A DNA stretch of 56,261 bases from a virus (taxonomy: Duplodnaviria > Caudoviricetes). The stretch is taken from IMG/VR virus record IMGVR_UViG_3300012953_006616, positions 1 through 56,261 of that record; one strand, 5' to 3'. Numbering within the stretch: the stretch's first letter is position 1; each line of letters opens with the position of its first letter. Of the stretch, positions 46,510 to 55,972 are shown piece by piece. The position numbers and the translations under genes are program-made. The notes below the pieces were generated by a model. The model was not told the origin of the DNA and searched no databases. It saw nothing but the letters and a program-made list of their open reading frames with translations.

Positions 46510-47091
46510 ATGTTTAAATATATATTATTAATGTTATTGAGTGCAGGTTGTGCTGCAGAATTAACTACATCTGAAACAGATAGCAAATCCTCAATAGAGG
46601 ATGATAGCTGGATAACATGGGATACATGCTCATCAAAACCAAATGATCATCCTTGTGATTTTAAATTAAAAGATCACAATGGTAACGATTGGAGTTTGTA
46701 TGAAAATTATGAAACTACCATGGTATTAGATTTTTCAACTATGTGGTGTGGAGTTTGCGTTAATATTGCTCCGCATGCACAAGATCTTACAGATAAATAT
46801 ATTTCTGAAGGACATGATTTTTTATGGGTAACTATATTGATAGAAAATCAATATGGGGAGCCACCTACTCAGCAAGATTTAAATAATTGGAGAGATATTT
46901 TTGGCATGACAAGCTCTCCAGTTTTAGCTGGAAGTAGAGATTTAATAGATTTAAATGCTGAAGAAGGTTTTCCTATAACTTCATGGCCAACATTAATTAT
47001 TATTAATAAAGAAATGGTTCTTACTAACGGTATAAATGGTTGGAATGAATCTGTTGTAACAGGATGGATTGATCAAGCTTTAGGTATCTAA
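46510..47091 (+). CDS. TlpA/thioredoxin-like lipoprotein
   Basis: Lipobox-like LSAGC, DFKLKDHNG, DFSTMWCGVC, SWPT. Confidence 0.85.
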   Translation: MFKYILLMLLSAGCAAELTTSETDSKSSIEDDSWITWDTCSSKPNDHPCDFKLKDHNGNDWSLYENYETTMVLDFSTMWCGVCVNIAPHAQDLTDKYISEGHDFLWVTILIENQYGEPPTQQDLNNWRDIFGMTSSPVLAGSRDLIDLNAEEGFPITSWPTLIIINKEMVLTNGINGWNESVVTGWIDQALGI

Positions 47092-47409
47092 ATTTATATC
47101 CCAAATATCTATATCTTTTAAATTTGAATTAATATTTTCTTCAAATGTTTTATGCTTTATAATAGTTGAAACAGTATTTTGGTTAGACCAACCGTTATCA
47201 TACAGTAAGCCTCTGCAAGATAGAGTTGCTATATCTTCAGAGATTTCAGGTAAATAAATTTCATAAGCATATATATTGAAATCACTTTTTTTCCAACCAT
47301 TTAAAAGTAATGTTTGGGTTTTTGTAGATTTATTTTTCTTTTTTGCTTTTTCAGATAATGTATCTATATAGCTCATTTCAGATACTAATATTGTATATTT
47401 AGTTCTCAT
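47080..47409 (-). CDS. Hypothetical protein
   Basis: 109-aa ORF. Confidence 0.55.
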   Translation of the reverse strand: MRTKYTILVSEMSYIDTLSEKAKKKNKSTKTQTLLLNGWKKSDFNIYAYEIYLPEISEDIATLSCRGLLYDNGWSNQNTVSTIIKHKTFEENINSNLKDIDIWDINLDT

Positions 47410-47535
47410 GTTATAGCAGCATATATAGACATTGATACGAAGAATGCTAAAGTTAGAATTGCTCCGATTGACATCGTTTTTTCAATTATATCATATTTAT
47501 CAAATAAATTTGTCATAATATATTGTCCTTTTGAA

Positions 47536-47622
47536 TGGTACCTCAGGAGGGAATCGAACCCTCACGCCTAAATAGGCCAGGGATTTTAAGTCCCATGCGT
47601 CTACCAATTCCGCCACTGAGGC
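47536..47622 (-). tRNA. tRNA-Leu(TAA)
   Basis: GCCTCAG..GGGA-CTTAAAA-TCCC, long V-arm, GGTTCGATTCC, CTGAGGT-A-CCA. Confidence 0.95.
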
Positions 47623-47628
47623 ATAGAT

Positions 47629-48186
47629 TTAAAGTTTAGAAGGCTTGTATAATTCGTACAAGGATTCTGTTATTCTGTCATTTTCTGTATAGCCTAAACG
47701 TGATTCCCATTTTTCAAGGGTATTAATTGCGTCGTCAGTTGAGGCTGAATTTTTTGCTTCTATTTCAATAAATTGAACATCATCTTGAAGAGTATAATGG
47801 CATATTTCCCATTTATAAGATGAAATAATATAAGCTTCTTTATATATATCGAAAGATTTTTTAAATCCTATAGATTGTAAGAAATCTACAATTTCAATAT
47901 TTGAATTTCTGCGTACATCTATATTGATTTCTTTTCTTACTATATTATTGTCTGTATTTGTTTTTTCTTTTATTGTAAGTTCAGTTAAAGAGCCGCCTCG
48001 CCTATACCTTATATATGGTGCAGACGAGTAAACCCCTTCCTGCTCATAGTAACTATCGCAAGATACAACATGATAAAAATCAGGTTGTGAAACCATGGTT
48101 GATACATGGTTTTTTACGATCTGTGTTATTTCTGAACAGGAAAGGGTTGCTCTATATTTGAACTCTATTTCTAGGTTCAAATCCAT
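47629..48186 (-). CDS. CYTH-domain (triphosphate tunnel) protein
   Basis: EIEFK, DSYY, IRYRR, LTIK, RKEIN, FIEIE. Confidence 0.85.
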   Translation of the reverse strand: MDLNLEIEFKYRATLSCSEITQIVKNHVSTMVSQPDFYHVVSCDSYYEQEGVYSSAPYIRYRRGGSLTELTIKEKTNTDNNIVRKEINIDVRRNSNIEIVDFLQSIGFKKSFDIYKEAYIISSYKWEICHYTLQDDVQFIEIEAKNSASTDDAINTLEKWESRLGYTENDRITESLYELYKPSKL

Positions 48187-48195
48187 AATTTTATT

Positions 48196-49323
48196 TTAAC
48201 CTTGAGTTTCTTCTGTAGGGCTAATACTTTCAGTTGTTTCAACTTCTGGTGGTTCAAATATTGGAACCTCAGGAGCAACTGTTTGTACGATTACATTAGC
48301 AACTTGATAAGGATTAGCATTTGCATTAGGCCTGCGATCTTCAACATAGCCAAAACCGTTGGTTTTAGTTATTCCAGGGATTCGAACGCTTGCAGTTCTA
48401 TCAGAATAAGCATATCTGAAAGTTTCATAAGAGCAAGTTTCATGCTCTCCTGTTAGTCTAGACTGATAATCATGGCCGTAAACAGCTAAATGTTTGGCCG
48501 GATCTTTTGAAAGTGCTTCGCATGCTTGCTCAATATATTTAATGCCGCCTTTATTACGCATAATTTCAGTTGAGAAATTTGCGTGCATTCCAGCGCCATT
48601 ATAATTCTGGCCAAGAGGTTTTGGGTCGTAAGAAATATCTATTTCTGACATTTCTCCAAGTAATTCAAGAAGGTATCTTGCTATTAGTGTTTCGTCAGCG
48701 ATAGCGACAGGATTACCTGGCCCCATCTGAAACTCCCATTGACCTGGAGCAACTTCGGCATTAATGCCTGATATTGACAAGCCAGCCTGCATACAGGCTG
48801 TAAGGTGAGCTTCGGCTAGTTGTCTTCCAAATGAATTTGAAGAGCCAACACCACAATAGTATTGCCCTTGTTCTTCTGTTTTAAAATCATCAGGTGTTTT
48901 AACTTGTGAATTTGCTAGAGGTGATCCTTCCTTGAACAGAGTATATTCTTGTTCAAATGCAAACCAAAAATTGTGCAAACCATTATTATTTTTATCAATA
49001 GTTTCTCTAAGGGTAGCTCTATAATTTGTTTTGTAAGGTTGAAGGTTTTCATCATATACTTCGCAAAGAATGATAGCGCTATTCTGCCTTAAAGGGTTTA
49101 AGCAAGCTCTAACTGGTCGAAGGTACATGTCGGAGTTAGTACCTTCAGCTTGATTTGTAGAACTGCCATCAAAACTCCAAACTGGTGGATTTTCTAATTG
49201 AGATTTACCAATTACACGAGTTTTTGCTCTAATTTGAGCAGTAGGTTGTGTTCCATCTAGCCAGATGTAAGTTGCGGTATAAGGTACATTTTCATTAGTA
49301 CCTGCTGTTTCTGTTGTTGTCAT
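48196..49323 (-). CDS. glnII: Glutamine synthetase type II
   Basis: YIWLDG, WSFDGSSTNQAEG, FEQEY, GINAEVAPGQWEFQ, NGAGMHANFST, RLTGEHET, EDRRP. Confidence 0.92.
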   Translation of the reverse strand: MTTTETAGTNENVPYTATYIWLDGTQPTAQIRAKTRVIGKSQLENPPVWSFDGSSTNQAEGTNSDMYLRPVRACLNPLRQNSAIILCEVYDENLQPYKTNYRATLRETIDKNNNGLHNFWFAFEQEYTLFKEGSPLANSQVKTPDDFKTEEQGQYYCGVGSSNSFGRQLAEAHLTACMQAGLSISGINAEVAPGQWEFQMGPGNPVAIADETLIARYLLELLGEMSEIDISYDPKPLGQNYNGAGMHANFSTEIMRNKGGIKYIEQACEALSKDPAKHLAVYGHDYQSRLTGEHETCSYETFRYAYSDRTASVRIPGITKTNGFGYVEDRRPNANANPYQVANVIVQTVAPEVPIFEPPEVETTESISPTEETQG

Positions 49324-49326
49324 AAT

Positions 49327-50325
49327 TTAAATCCTTTCGGGTGAATCAGAAAATTTTATTTCTGATATTAGTGGGCAATTTGCATATACTTTATCAAGTA
49401 TAAAGTTTTTCATAGAATTAATATTCTCAAACACTCTTAAATAATCACCAACATACACTTTATAAGAACTTACTGAATCTAATATATCTACTTTTGATAT
49501 AATCAAATGAGTAGTTCCTGTAAGATTAATAGCTCTTAATAGCATAGTTAAATTCAACCAATTAACTTTTCTTCGTCTTCCTGTAGTAACACCAAATTCA
49601 TTTCCTTGGTCTGCAATTTTTAATAATTCTTGATTTTCTAACAAATTATCTGGAAATTTTGGGTCAACACCTGATCTTGTATCATATATTTTTGCAGCAC
49701 CGTATATATTTCTAATTTTTTGAGGTGGTATACCCAGGCTACAGGCTCCATAAGGGAGCGTATTGCTTGATGTGACATATGGGTATTCGCCCCAGTCAAG
49801 GTCTAACCAAATTCCTTGTGCTCCTTCACACAATACTTTGCCAGATATTTTTTCATCCCATAAAAGTTTTTCAGATAATATTTCTTTTGCAAGTATTCCA
49901 GTTCTAGCAGCTTTATCAGCATAGCATGGAGCTATACCATTTGCTGTAGTTCCTAGTGCTTGATGTAATTTTCTTTTATCTTTAATAAGATGTTTATCTG
50001 TAACTACATGTGCTCTGGGAGATACTTTTATAGTGGATATATCAAATCCATTTTCTTGTAAATATAAAAGCTCTGATAGAAATTTATCTTTATTTATAAC
50101 ACATCCGGGACCGATTATGGATGGTATACCATAAAATACTCCTGAAGGTATTAAATGAGTTTTATATTTATTACCTTTCAAATAGACTGTATGCCCTGCA
50201 TTTGAGCCTCCTGCCCACCTGCATACATAGTTATAGTCTTTCGATGATGCTAGTTGTGAAGTTATTTTGCCTTTCGCTTCGTCTCCCCAAGCAAGGCCGC
50301 AAACTACGTCTGCGTATTGAATCAT
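49327..50325 (-). CDS. purA: Adenylosuccinate synthetase (short form)
   Basis: WGDEAKGK, GGSNAGHT, EGAQG..LD..G.YPYVTSS, EFGVTTGRRR. Confidence 0.93.
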   Translation of the reverse strand: MIQYADVVCGLAWGDEAKGKITSQLASSKDYNYVCRWAGGSNAGHTVYLKGNKYKTHLIPSGVFYGIPSIIGPGCVINKDKFLSELLYLQENGFDISTIKVSPRAHVVTDKHLIKDKRKLHQALGTTANGIAPCYADKAARTGILAKEILSEKLLWDEKISGKVLCEGAQGIWLDLDWGEYPYVTSSNTLPYGACSLGIPPQKIRNIYGAAKIYDTRSGVDPKFPDNLLENQELLKIADQGNEFGVTTGRRRKVNWLNLTMLLRAINLTGTTHLIISKVDILDSVSSYKVYVGDYLRVFENINSMKNFILDKVYANCPLISEIKFSDSPERI

Positions 50326-50590
50326 ATTAATCCTTAATAATTTTTATCAAACCAAGTGGTCTGTGGGTTTCGCTATCTAAATAAAGTATATCTTTATCAT
50401 GATTATACTCTTTATAAGTAAAATTTATTTCTTTATTAGCTCTTTTTAGAGCTGATTCAAGGGTTTTATAAGTTCTTATTTTTTTGCCCATAATAAATCT
50501 TTCATTTGCTATCCATAATTCATATTTCATGATATATCTCCGGGTTCTATATACTTGTATTATATTTAATACAATTAGTATATTTGTATA

Positions 50591-50667
50591 TGGCTGCCCC
50601 TCCCGGACTCGAACCGGGGACCCATTGATTAACAGTCAATTGCTCTAACCAGCTGAGCTAAGGGGCA
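50591..50667 (-). tRNA. tRNA-Asn(GTT), canonical
   Basis: TGCCCCT..ATTGA-CTGTTAA-TCAAT..GGTTCGAGTCC..AGGGGCA-G-CCA. Confidence 0.95.
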
Positions 50668-50677
50668 TAAGGATATT

Positions 50678-50959
50678 ATGATTTCTACTGCTTTTTCTTT
50701 ATTCTTTATTTTTTTAATTTTAATAGGATATTTACTCCTAGGTATTCATATAGGAGTTAAATCTCAAAAACAAAAAATATTAAATGAAAGAGTGCAAGCA
50801 ATGTTTGACGAATATCATTATAATGAATACAATTATAATCAGAAAAGATATGATTATATAAATCGTGCTTCTAGACAAGGACTGTATTTTGATATAAAAA
50901 GTAATTCTTATATAAGAGTTGAGGATGTAGAATGCGAAATCGTAGGGGAAGTGAACTGA
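50678..50959 (+). CDS. Small membrane-anchored protein
   Basis: AAGGA SD, N-terminal TM. Confidence 0.55.
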   Translation: MISTAFSLFFIFLILIGYLLLGIHIGVKSQKQKILNERVQAMFDEYHYNEYNYNQKRYDYINRASRQGLYFDIKSNSYIRVEDVECEIVGEVN

Positions 50960-51195
50960 ATAGAATCAATCAAGAATCAGTTGTATTGATTAAAGCTATT
51001 AGTAAGTCAGTCTTGTGGATAGGATTGACTATATCGATATGTTTTGGGATATCGAAATGTTCGCTAAATGATAAGACGATTATTACATGTCAAGAAGAAT
51101 GCCAAGCCTCTGGGAGGTCTATGGCATCTGTTACTTCTTCAAAATGTGAATGTGAGGGGAAGGAGGATGCAGGATCTCTTCCTTCAATATTTTAA
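50932..51195 (+). CDS. Small TM/Cys-rich protein
   Basis: TM segment followed by several Cys. Confidence 0.5.
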   Translation: MRNRRGSELNRINQESVVLIKAISKSVLWIGLTISICFGISKCSLNDKTIITCQEECQASGRSMASVTSSKCECEGKEDAGSLPSIF

Positions 51196-51262
51196 ATATC
51201 TATAAAAAATTGCATTATTATACATACAAGTACGCATCCCATAGTAATTGAAATTGCTTCCA

Positions 51263-51766
51263 TTATTTGAATTCCTTTTTAAGAGTTTTTAAGAGTTTTC
51301 TTCTTGTTTTTCGATTTTGTCTATCTACAAATGTCAAACCATGTAAATGATCGTATTCATGTTGAAAGACGATGGCATCGAAACCATCTAAGTTCCAGGT
51401 ATTCCTTTCAGTTGTAAGATCTATATAGCTAGCAGCTATAGATGAGCTTCTTGTTACATTCAAAGTCATTCCAGGAAAAGATAAGCATCCTTCAGCTACT
51501 GTTACAACAGCAGAAGGGTCATGATTTTGAGAGTATTCATGTATTATTGGATTGATTGCAATGATAATTTTATCATCGCTGGTTTTAAATCCAAAAATTT
51601 GTTTATTTAATCCAATCTGAGGAGCTGAAAGACCAGCTGCATTTGAATCATTTTGCAAATATTCTCTTAAATCTTGACATATTTTAACTATTTCTGGTGT
51701 AATTTCTGCAACTGGTTCACATTTCTGTGAAAGGATTTTATCTGGATATAGTACTATTTTAGTCAT
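51263..51766 (-). CDS. def: Peptide deformylase
   Basis: GLSAPQIG, EGCLS, QHEYDH. Confidence 0.95.
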   Translation of the reverse strand: MTKIVLYPDKILSQKCEPVAEITPEIVKICQDLREYLQNDSNAAGLSAPQIGLNKQIFGFKTSDDKIIIAINPIIHEYSQNHDPSAVVTVAEGCLSFPGMTLNVTRSSSIAASYIDLTTERNTWNLDGFDAIVFQHEYDHLHGLTFVDRQNRKTRRKLLKTLKKEFK

Positions 51767-51780
51767 AATTTAAATTCCAA

Positions 51781-52026
51781 ATATGTAGGGGTAGGGTCCC
51801 AGGATTCATGCCTTGCTATTCGCTCTAAATCATAGCTGGACTTAGTCGCAAAAGACTTAGTCATTATAATGATAATAGACCTGGATGGCGAGCCAGTTAT
51901 CAATACGAGAGTAGTTTGGTAACGAAGTCAAGAATAAGTACCAAACGATATTGAAACAGAGCTGGTCGTGTAAATACTACTGTGTTGCGTAGTCCACTTT
52001 ATTACGTCCTTCACCCCATACCATAT
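51781..52026. ncRNA. Candidate multi-stem structured RNA (~245 nt)
   Basis: Complementary ends and at least seven internal helices in an ORF-free gap (see findings). Confidence 0.55.
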
Positions 52027-52075
52027 TTTAGTATGAATAAAGTAAGTTGCTAAAATCCCCGACCGAAAGCCGTCG

Positions 52076-52267
52076 TCACTTTTTTGATTTATTTTTATTA
52101 TTTTTACGCCGTTGCCAATTTTTTCTTCTTGTATTTCTCAATGATTTCATATTATCTCTTGAGATTCTAATTCCATCTTTTTCCATGATTATAGAAATTT
52201 CTAAATCTGTTAGTTTATAATTCATTAATCGATGTATTTCGTTTACAACGGGTTTAGATAAATTCAT
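52076..52267 (-). CDS. Small basic protein
   Basis: 63 aa, AAGG SD. Confidence 0.5.
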   Translation of the reverse strand: MNLSKPVVNEIHRLMNYKLTDLEISIIMEKDGIRISRDNMKSLRNTRRKNWQRRKNNKNKSKK

Positions 52268-52277
52268 TTTATATACC

Positions 52278-52898
52278 TTAAGTAATTATATCTTTGTAAT
52301 TATTTAATATTTTTTTATGTAATGTTTTGTATAAGCCGGGATTGACACCTAAACAGTTCTGAACAATATTATGTCTAATATGATTTCTCATATATTTTGT
52401 ATTCTTATTTGAAGGATCTTCAATATAAGGGATATCATATTTTTCAGACCAGTCTATCAATTGCTGCTTTTTTGTAATTAAAAAAGGTCTAATTATTGTA
52501 CCTCTTTTATATGGAATAAGTCTTGATGTACCATGAAGAGATGTAAATATCCATGTTTCAATTTGATCATCTAAATGGTGGCATGTAATTATTGGAAATC
52601 CACATGAATTATGTTTGAAGAATTCATACCTGCAGTTTCTCCAGTATTCTTCTGGAGATTCTGATCGGTTTTTTTCCCGAGAAATTTTTCCAATAATAAT
52701 TTTAATATCTTTTTTATTACAATAATCATTTAGGAACTCTTCAGCTTCCAATCCATGGCTTGTGCCGTGATTAAAGTATAACACTTTGAGTTCTCTGTTT
52801 GTATTATTTGTTAAAAAAGATAAGGCAGCCATACTATCGAGGCCGCCTGAAACCGCGATAGAAGTTTTTTGGGGAATTTTTCCCAATAATCTAATCAT
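52278..52898 (-). CDS. tilS: tRNA(Ile)-lysidine synthase, minimal catalytic domain
   Basis: AVSGGLDS, NHG, RY.FF, HHLDDQIET, IRPFL, EDPSN..YMRNHIRH. Confidence 0.9.
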   Translation of the reverse strand: MIRLLGKIPQKTSIAVSGGLDSMAALSFLTNNTNRELKVLYFNHGTSHGLEAEEFLNDYCNKKDIKIIIGKISREKNRSESPEEYWRNCRYEFFKHNSCGFPIITCHHLDDQIETWIFTSLHGTSRLIPYKRGTIIRPFLITKKQQLIDWSEKYDIPYIEDPSNKNTKYMRNHIRHNIVQNCLGVNPGLYKTLHKKILNNYKDIIT

Positions 52899-52937
52899 AC
52901 GGATTTCCTAATTAAAAAATAATAAACGAATTAACGT

Positions 52938-53156
52938 TTATCTATTTAATCTTCTTGATATAATGTTTTTAAGTATCATTTCATCTGTTGCTGAGTATAT
53001 AACAGATTGAAAATCTCTGAGATCTACTGGCCCTTCAGATTCTATTAGCATCAACATACCTTGAAGCATTTCGCTTATAAGTTTTTGCATTTGCAAGCCT
53101 TCTTCAGTTATACATGAATCGCCTTGTTCTTCTCTGTCGTATAGGTTTTTTGCCAT
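52938..53156 (-). CDS. Hypothetical protein
   Basis: 72-aa ORF. Confidence 0.55.
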   Translation of the reverse strand: MAKNLYDREEQGDSCITEEGLQMQKLISEMLQGMLMLIESEGPVDLRDFQSVIYSATDEMILKNIISRRLNR

Positions 53157-53314
53157 TTATTTATTCTTATTTATTAAAATGTAGTTAGAAAAAGCAAGAT
53201 AGCAATTATATATAAAGGTATCTTCCACCAATAATCTATATCTTGTGCTTTCTCTGGAGTCAACCCTTTTATTAGGGCATCCCAAAAATGTTCCATTAAT
53301 ATTTCCTTGTAAAG

Positions 53315-53392
53315 TGGTAGGCCCACTCGGACTCGAACCGAGAACCCTCGCTTTATGAGAGCGATGCTCTGACCTGATTGAGCTATGGGCCT
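53315..53392 (-). tRNA. tRNA with CAT anticodon, probably tRNA-Ile2 (lysidine)
   Basis: AGGCCCA/TGGGCCT-A-CCA, TCGCT-CTCATAA-AGCGA; paired 1-72 and no GGG/CCC anticodon stem, so not initiator; about 400 nt from tilS. Confidence 0.88.
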
Positions 53393-53406
53393 TCAATCCA
53401 GAAAGA

Positions 53407-53426
53407 AACAGGCCGCACGGCCTGTT
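53407..53426 (-). terminator. Hairpin after the glycosyltransferase gene
   Basis: AACAGGCC-GTGC-GGCCTGTT followed by TCTTT. Confidence 0.55.
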
Positions 53427-54726
53427 AAATGTTTTTAGCTTTATTAGTAACTTTCAATCTTGAAGATTCCATTGTAAATTTATTTGGAATAAGTTTGTAA
53501 GAATATGGAATACTTTTAATCCCATCTATTTTTTTAGTTCGATTTATAATCCCATTATGTTTCATCCATAAATCGGTTGGCATCATTATATTTTTTCTTC
53601 GTTTTATTTTATTTAATATATATTTGGCTCCTCTAAGACTTATTAATAATCCAGTATCACCAGGTCCAAGTCTTTGGACATACCAGCCTCCACTGTTGCT
53701 AAGAGTTTTTCTTATTTTATTAACTTTTTGTATAAATCCTTTGCAAGGAGTTACATCATCTTGAATAATTAATGCTTCACGTATATTGTTTTCTACCATC
53801 CATTGTAAATAGTTGATATAGCTACACCATATACCTCTTTCTCCTGCTGAAAGTTTTCTTCCGACCCATTTATTCCAATCTAAAGTTATTCCCGCTTGAT
53901 TAAGTATAGCGCTAACTTTGGCAGTATCTGAACCGTCAACAGCAGGAAATATTTTCATTTTAGGAAATCTTTTCATTAAATATGAATCGATATGAGTTTT
54001 TCTATCTTCGTCACTTTCTAAATGAAGGATGTGCATAGGTAATTGTTTTTTATGCCAATTGGCTCTATTTTTTATCCATCTTTCATAGTCTTTTGGTTTA
54101 TCAAAATCATCTGTCCAATCGTCTATATTATAAAATCTATCTTTTATTTTATGTTGTTTTAATGGAATGCCAGACATAGCTCTATAATGTTCCCAGCCAC
54201 CACATCTTCTTATTTTTTTATTTTTATAAGCTCTTGCTATTTTATGCAGATTCGCTTTGTGTTCTGGTATATCTTTGGGATAGAAAGATTGTGCAAATAA
54301 TTCGCCCCATGGGCATCCTGTTATTTTGCTGGCATGATGTCTACCGAAAAGTATCCAATCTTTTCCTTTATGATTTAATATTTTTTTAATTGCATTATTT
54401 GAAAACCAAACGTCTCCGTAGAAAACTATTGTTCTACCATTTTTATTCCAAAGGTTTTGTGAACTTAAAAATTTATCAGCATCAACATTGTCTGGATTTA
54501 GATCTGCTATATATAAAGTTGATCCGGGTATTTTATACCTATCATCATCATTTTTAGCTACTACGTATATATCATTTTCAGGTTTTTCTGATAATTGTTT
54601 TACTAATCTTTCTAGCATAACTTCACCCTCTAAAGGGATAAGATGCTTTGGTACTTCTAAATAGTTTCCCCATCGAGTAGCTTCTCCAGCGCATATAATA
54701 ATGCAAATTATTTTTTCATTGTCCAT
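53425..54726 (-). CDS. Fusion: NTP-transferase-like domain + glycosyltransferase family 25-like domain
   Basis: ICAGEATRW..PKHLI..GDV..DFD; then HLESDEDRK..FPAVDG..LSAGERGIWCSY..IIQDD. Confidence 0.75.
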   Translation of the reverse strand: MDNEKIICIIICAGEATRWGNYLEVPKHLIPLEGEVMLERLVKQLSEKPENDIYVVAKNDDDRYKIPGSTLYIADLNPDNVDADKFLSSQNLWNKNGRTIVFYGDVWFSNNAIKKILNHKGKDWILFGRHHASKITGCPWGELFAQSFYPKDIPEHKANLHKIARAYKNKKIRRCGGWEHYRAMSGIPLKQHKIKDRFYNIDDWTDDFDKPKDYERWIKNRANWHKKQLPMHILHLESDEDRKTHIDSYLMKRFPKMKIFPAVDGSDTAKVSAILNQAGITLDWNKWVGRKLSAGERGIWCSYINYLQWMVENNIREALIIQDDVTPCKGFIQKVNKIRKTLSNSGGWYVQRLGPGDTGLLISLRGAKYILNKIKRRKNIMMPTDLWMKHNGIINRTKKIDGIKSIPYSYKLIPNKFTMESSRLKVTNKAKNI

Positions 54727-55642
54727 TACATTCCTTAATTAATTTATCTAATTCTAATCCAGCACAATCTATTTTATTTCGAGTAAAATTATAGTGATTG
54801 CATATTCCTTTAAAGGATCCGGTTTGACATACTCTATGAACGCCTGTATTTAAGCTTTTATCAGAGTTTTGAGGATATTCCATAGGTATACCTATTCCCT
54901 GACTGCAAGCCTTCCAAAGGGCTTGCAGGGCCTGCAATTGCACAGGATAAAAACCAAGAAATTCTTTTGATTTTTTTCCGTGAATTATGGCATCTTTTAT
55001 TATTGGTCTTTCTCCGAATCCATTCGATTTGTACCAAGACTGGTATTTTGTATAGTATGCGTTTGATATTTCAACGCCAATTCCTTTTCTGTTACCTACG
55101 GTACACCCTGCATGCCAAGCGCCATGCTGTGTGTCTAATAATTGATAGATAGTCCCATCATTATCGATACAGAAATGAACTGAGATTCCTCTTTTATTTA
55201 ATACTTTTGCACAAGATGTGGAATCTAAACAGACATCCCAATGGTTAACAAACATTGTTGGGCTTCGATCTTTTTTACCAGAGTAGTCGTAATAATTACC
55301 CGAATCTATGGATAAGCCAGCTTCATCATCCCAAAGAATAATTTTGTCCCATTCAATAGGTATGAAATTGCTATTATGTACTATGTATTTATTGCCATTT
55401 CTTATTTTACCTAGTAAGTAGGGGCTTGGATTGGGAGTATAGTTAGATATATTTGCTTGTCGATGAGTCCATATTCTTCTATATGTTGATGGCCCGCAAA
55501 GGCCATCAGGTGTAATGTTGTGATTCAATTGCCATTCTTTTATAGAATAGACAAGAGCGTCATCAAAATATTTTTCATTGAACCAGGTGGGATCCCATCC
55601 TAATTTCTGGGCACTTGATTCATTGTAAAAATTTTTATCCAT
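54716..55642 (-). CDS. N-acetylmuramoyl-L-alanine amidase with peptidoglycan-binding domain (probable endolysin)
   Basis: WQ..H.ITPDGLCGPST, VNHWD, SVHFCIDNDGTIYQ, AWHAG, IGVEI, HYN..KIDC. Confidence 0.88.
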   Translation of the reverse strand: MDKNFYNESSAQKLGWDPTWFNEKYFDDALVYSIKEWQLNHNITPDGLCGPSTYRRIWTHRQANISNYTPNPSPYLLGKIRNGNKYIVHNSNFIPIEWDKIILWDDEAGLSIDSGNYYDYSGKKDRSPTMFVNHWDVCLDSTSCAKVLNKRGISVHFCIDNDGTIYQLLDTQHGAWHAGCTVGNRKGIGVEISNAYYTKYQSWYKSNGFGERPIIKDAIIHGKKSKEFLGFYPVQLQALQALWKACSQGIGIPMEYPQNSDKSLNTGVHRVCQTGSFKGICNHYNFTRNKIDCAGLELDKLIKECNGQ

Positions 55643-55972
55643 TAATCACCGCCATAGACATTATACAATTCTTCCTCTTCTTGTTGTTGTTTTATTTTTT
55701 GTTCAGCCAATTGTTTTTTCTGATGCACTCTGTACATTAGATATACAATGGATGCTACTATAATTATATTTGATAAATCGAACATATATACCTCGTTAAT
55801 AGAGTTGGTTGGTAATAACACATAGTGTACACAACACATATTAACATTTTAGTTATATCTAGATGAAGGAAGAATTTCTATAGTGTACTTTTATAAATAA
55901 GTTAATATTACAGCTATTGATGATATTATTCCAAATATACTATACATTTCTAATGTATAATTTTTACATTTT

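Noticed and set aside
49327-50325. PurZ / 2-aminoadenine (Z) genome pathway
   Set aside because: The motif is GDEAKG with the PurA catalytic Asp retained (PurZ has Ser there), and no dATPase partner was recognised.
51781-52026. RNase P RNA, SRP RNA or a second tmRNA
   Set aside because: No GAGGAAAGUCC-type RNase P core, no SRP GGAA domain, and no T-arm/CCA end on either strand.
53157-53396. 79-aa ORF, and the 5' part of ORF 42704-42958
   Set aside because: Their N-terminal parts are translations of tRNA genes.
2696-55152. Many short plus-strand ORFs (e.g. 2696, 5038, 8090, 14071, 20963, 28155, 34949, 48202, 54967) and alternate-frame ORFs (10720, 23857, 29640, 31008)
   Set aside because: Shadows of well-supported genes, with no motifs or SD.
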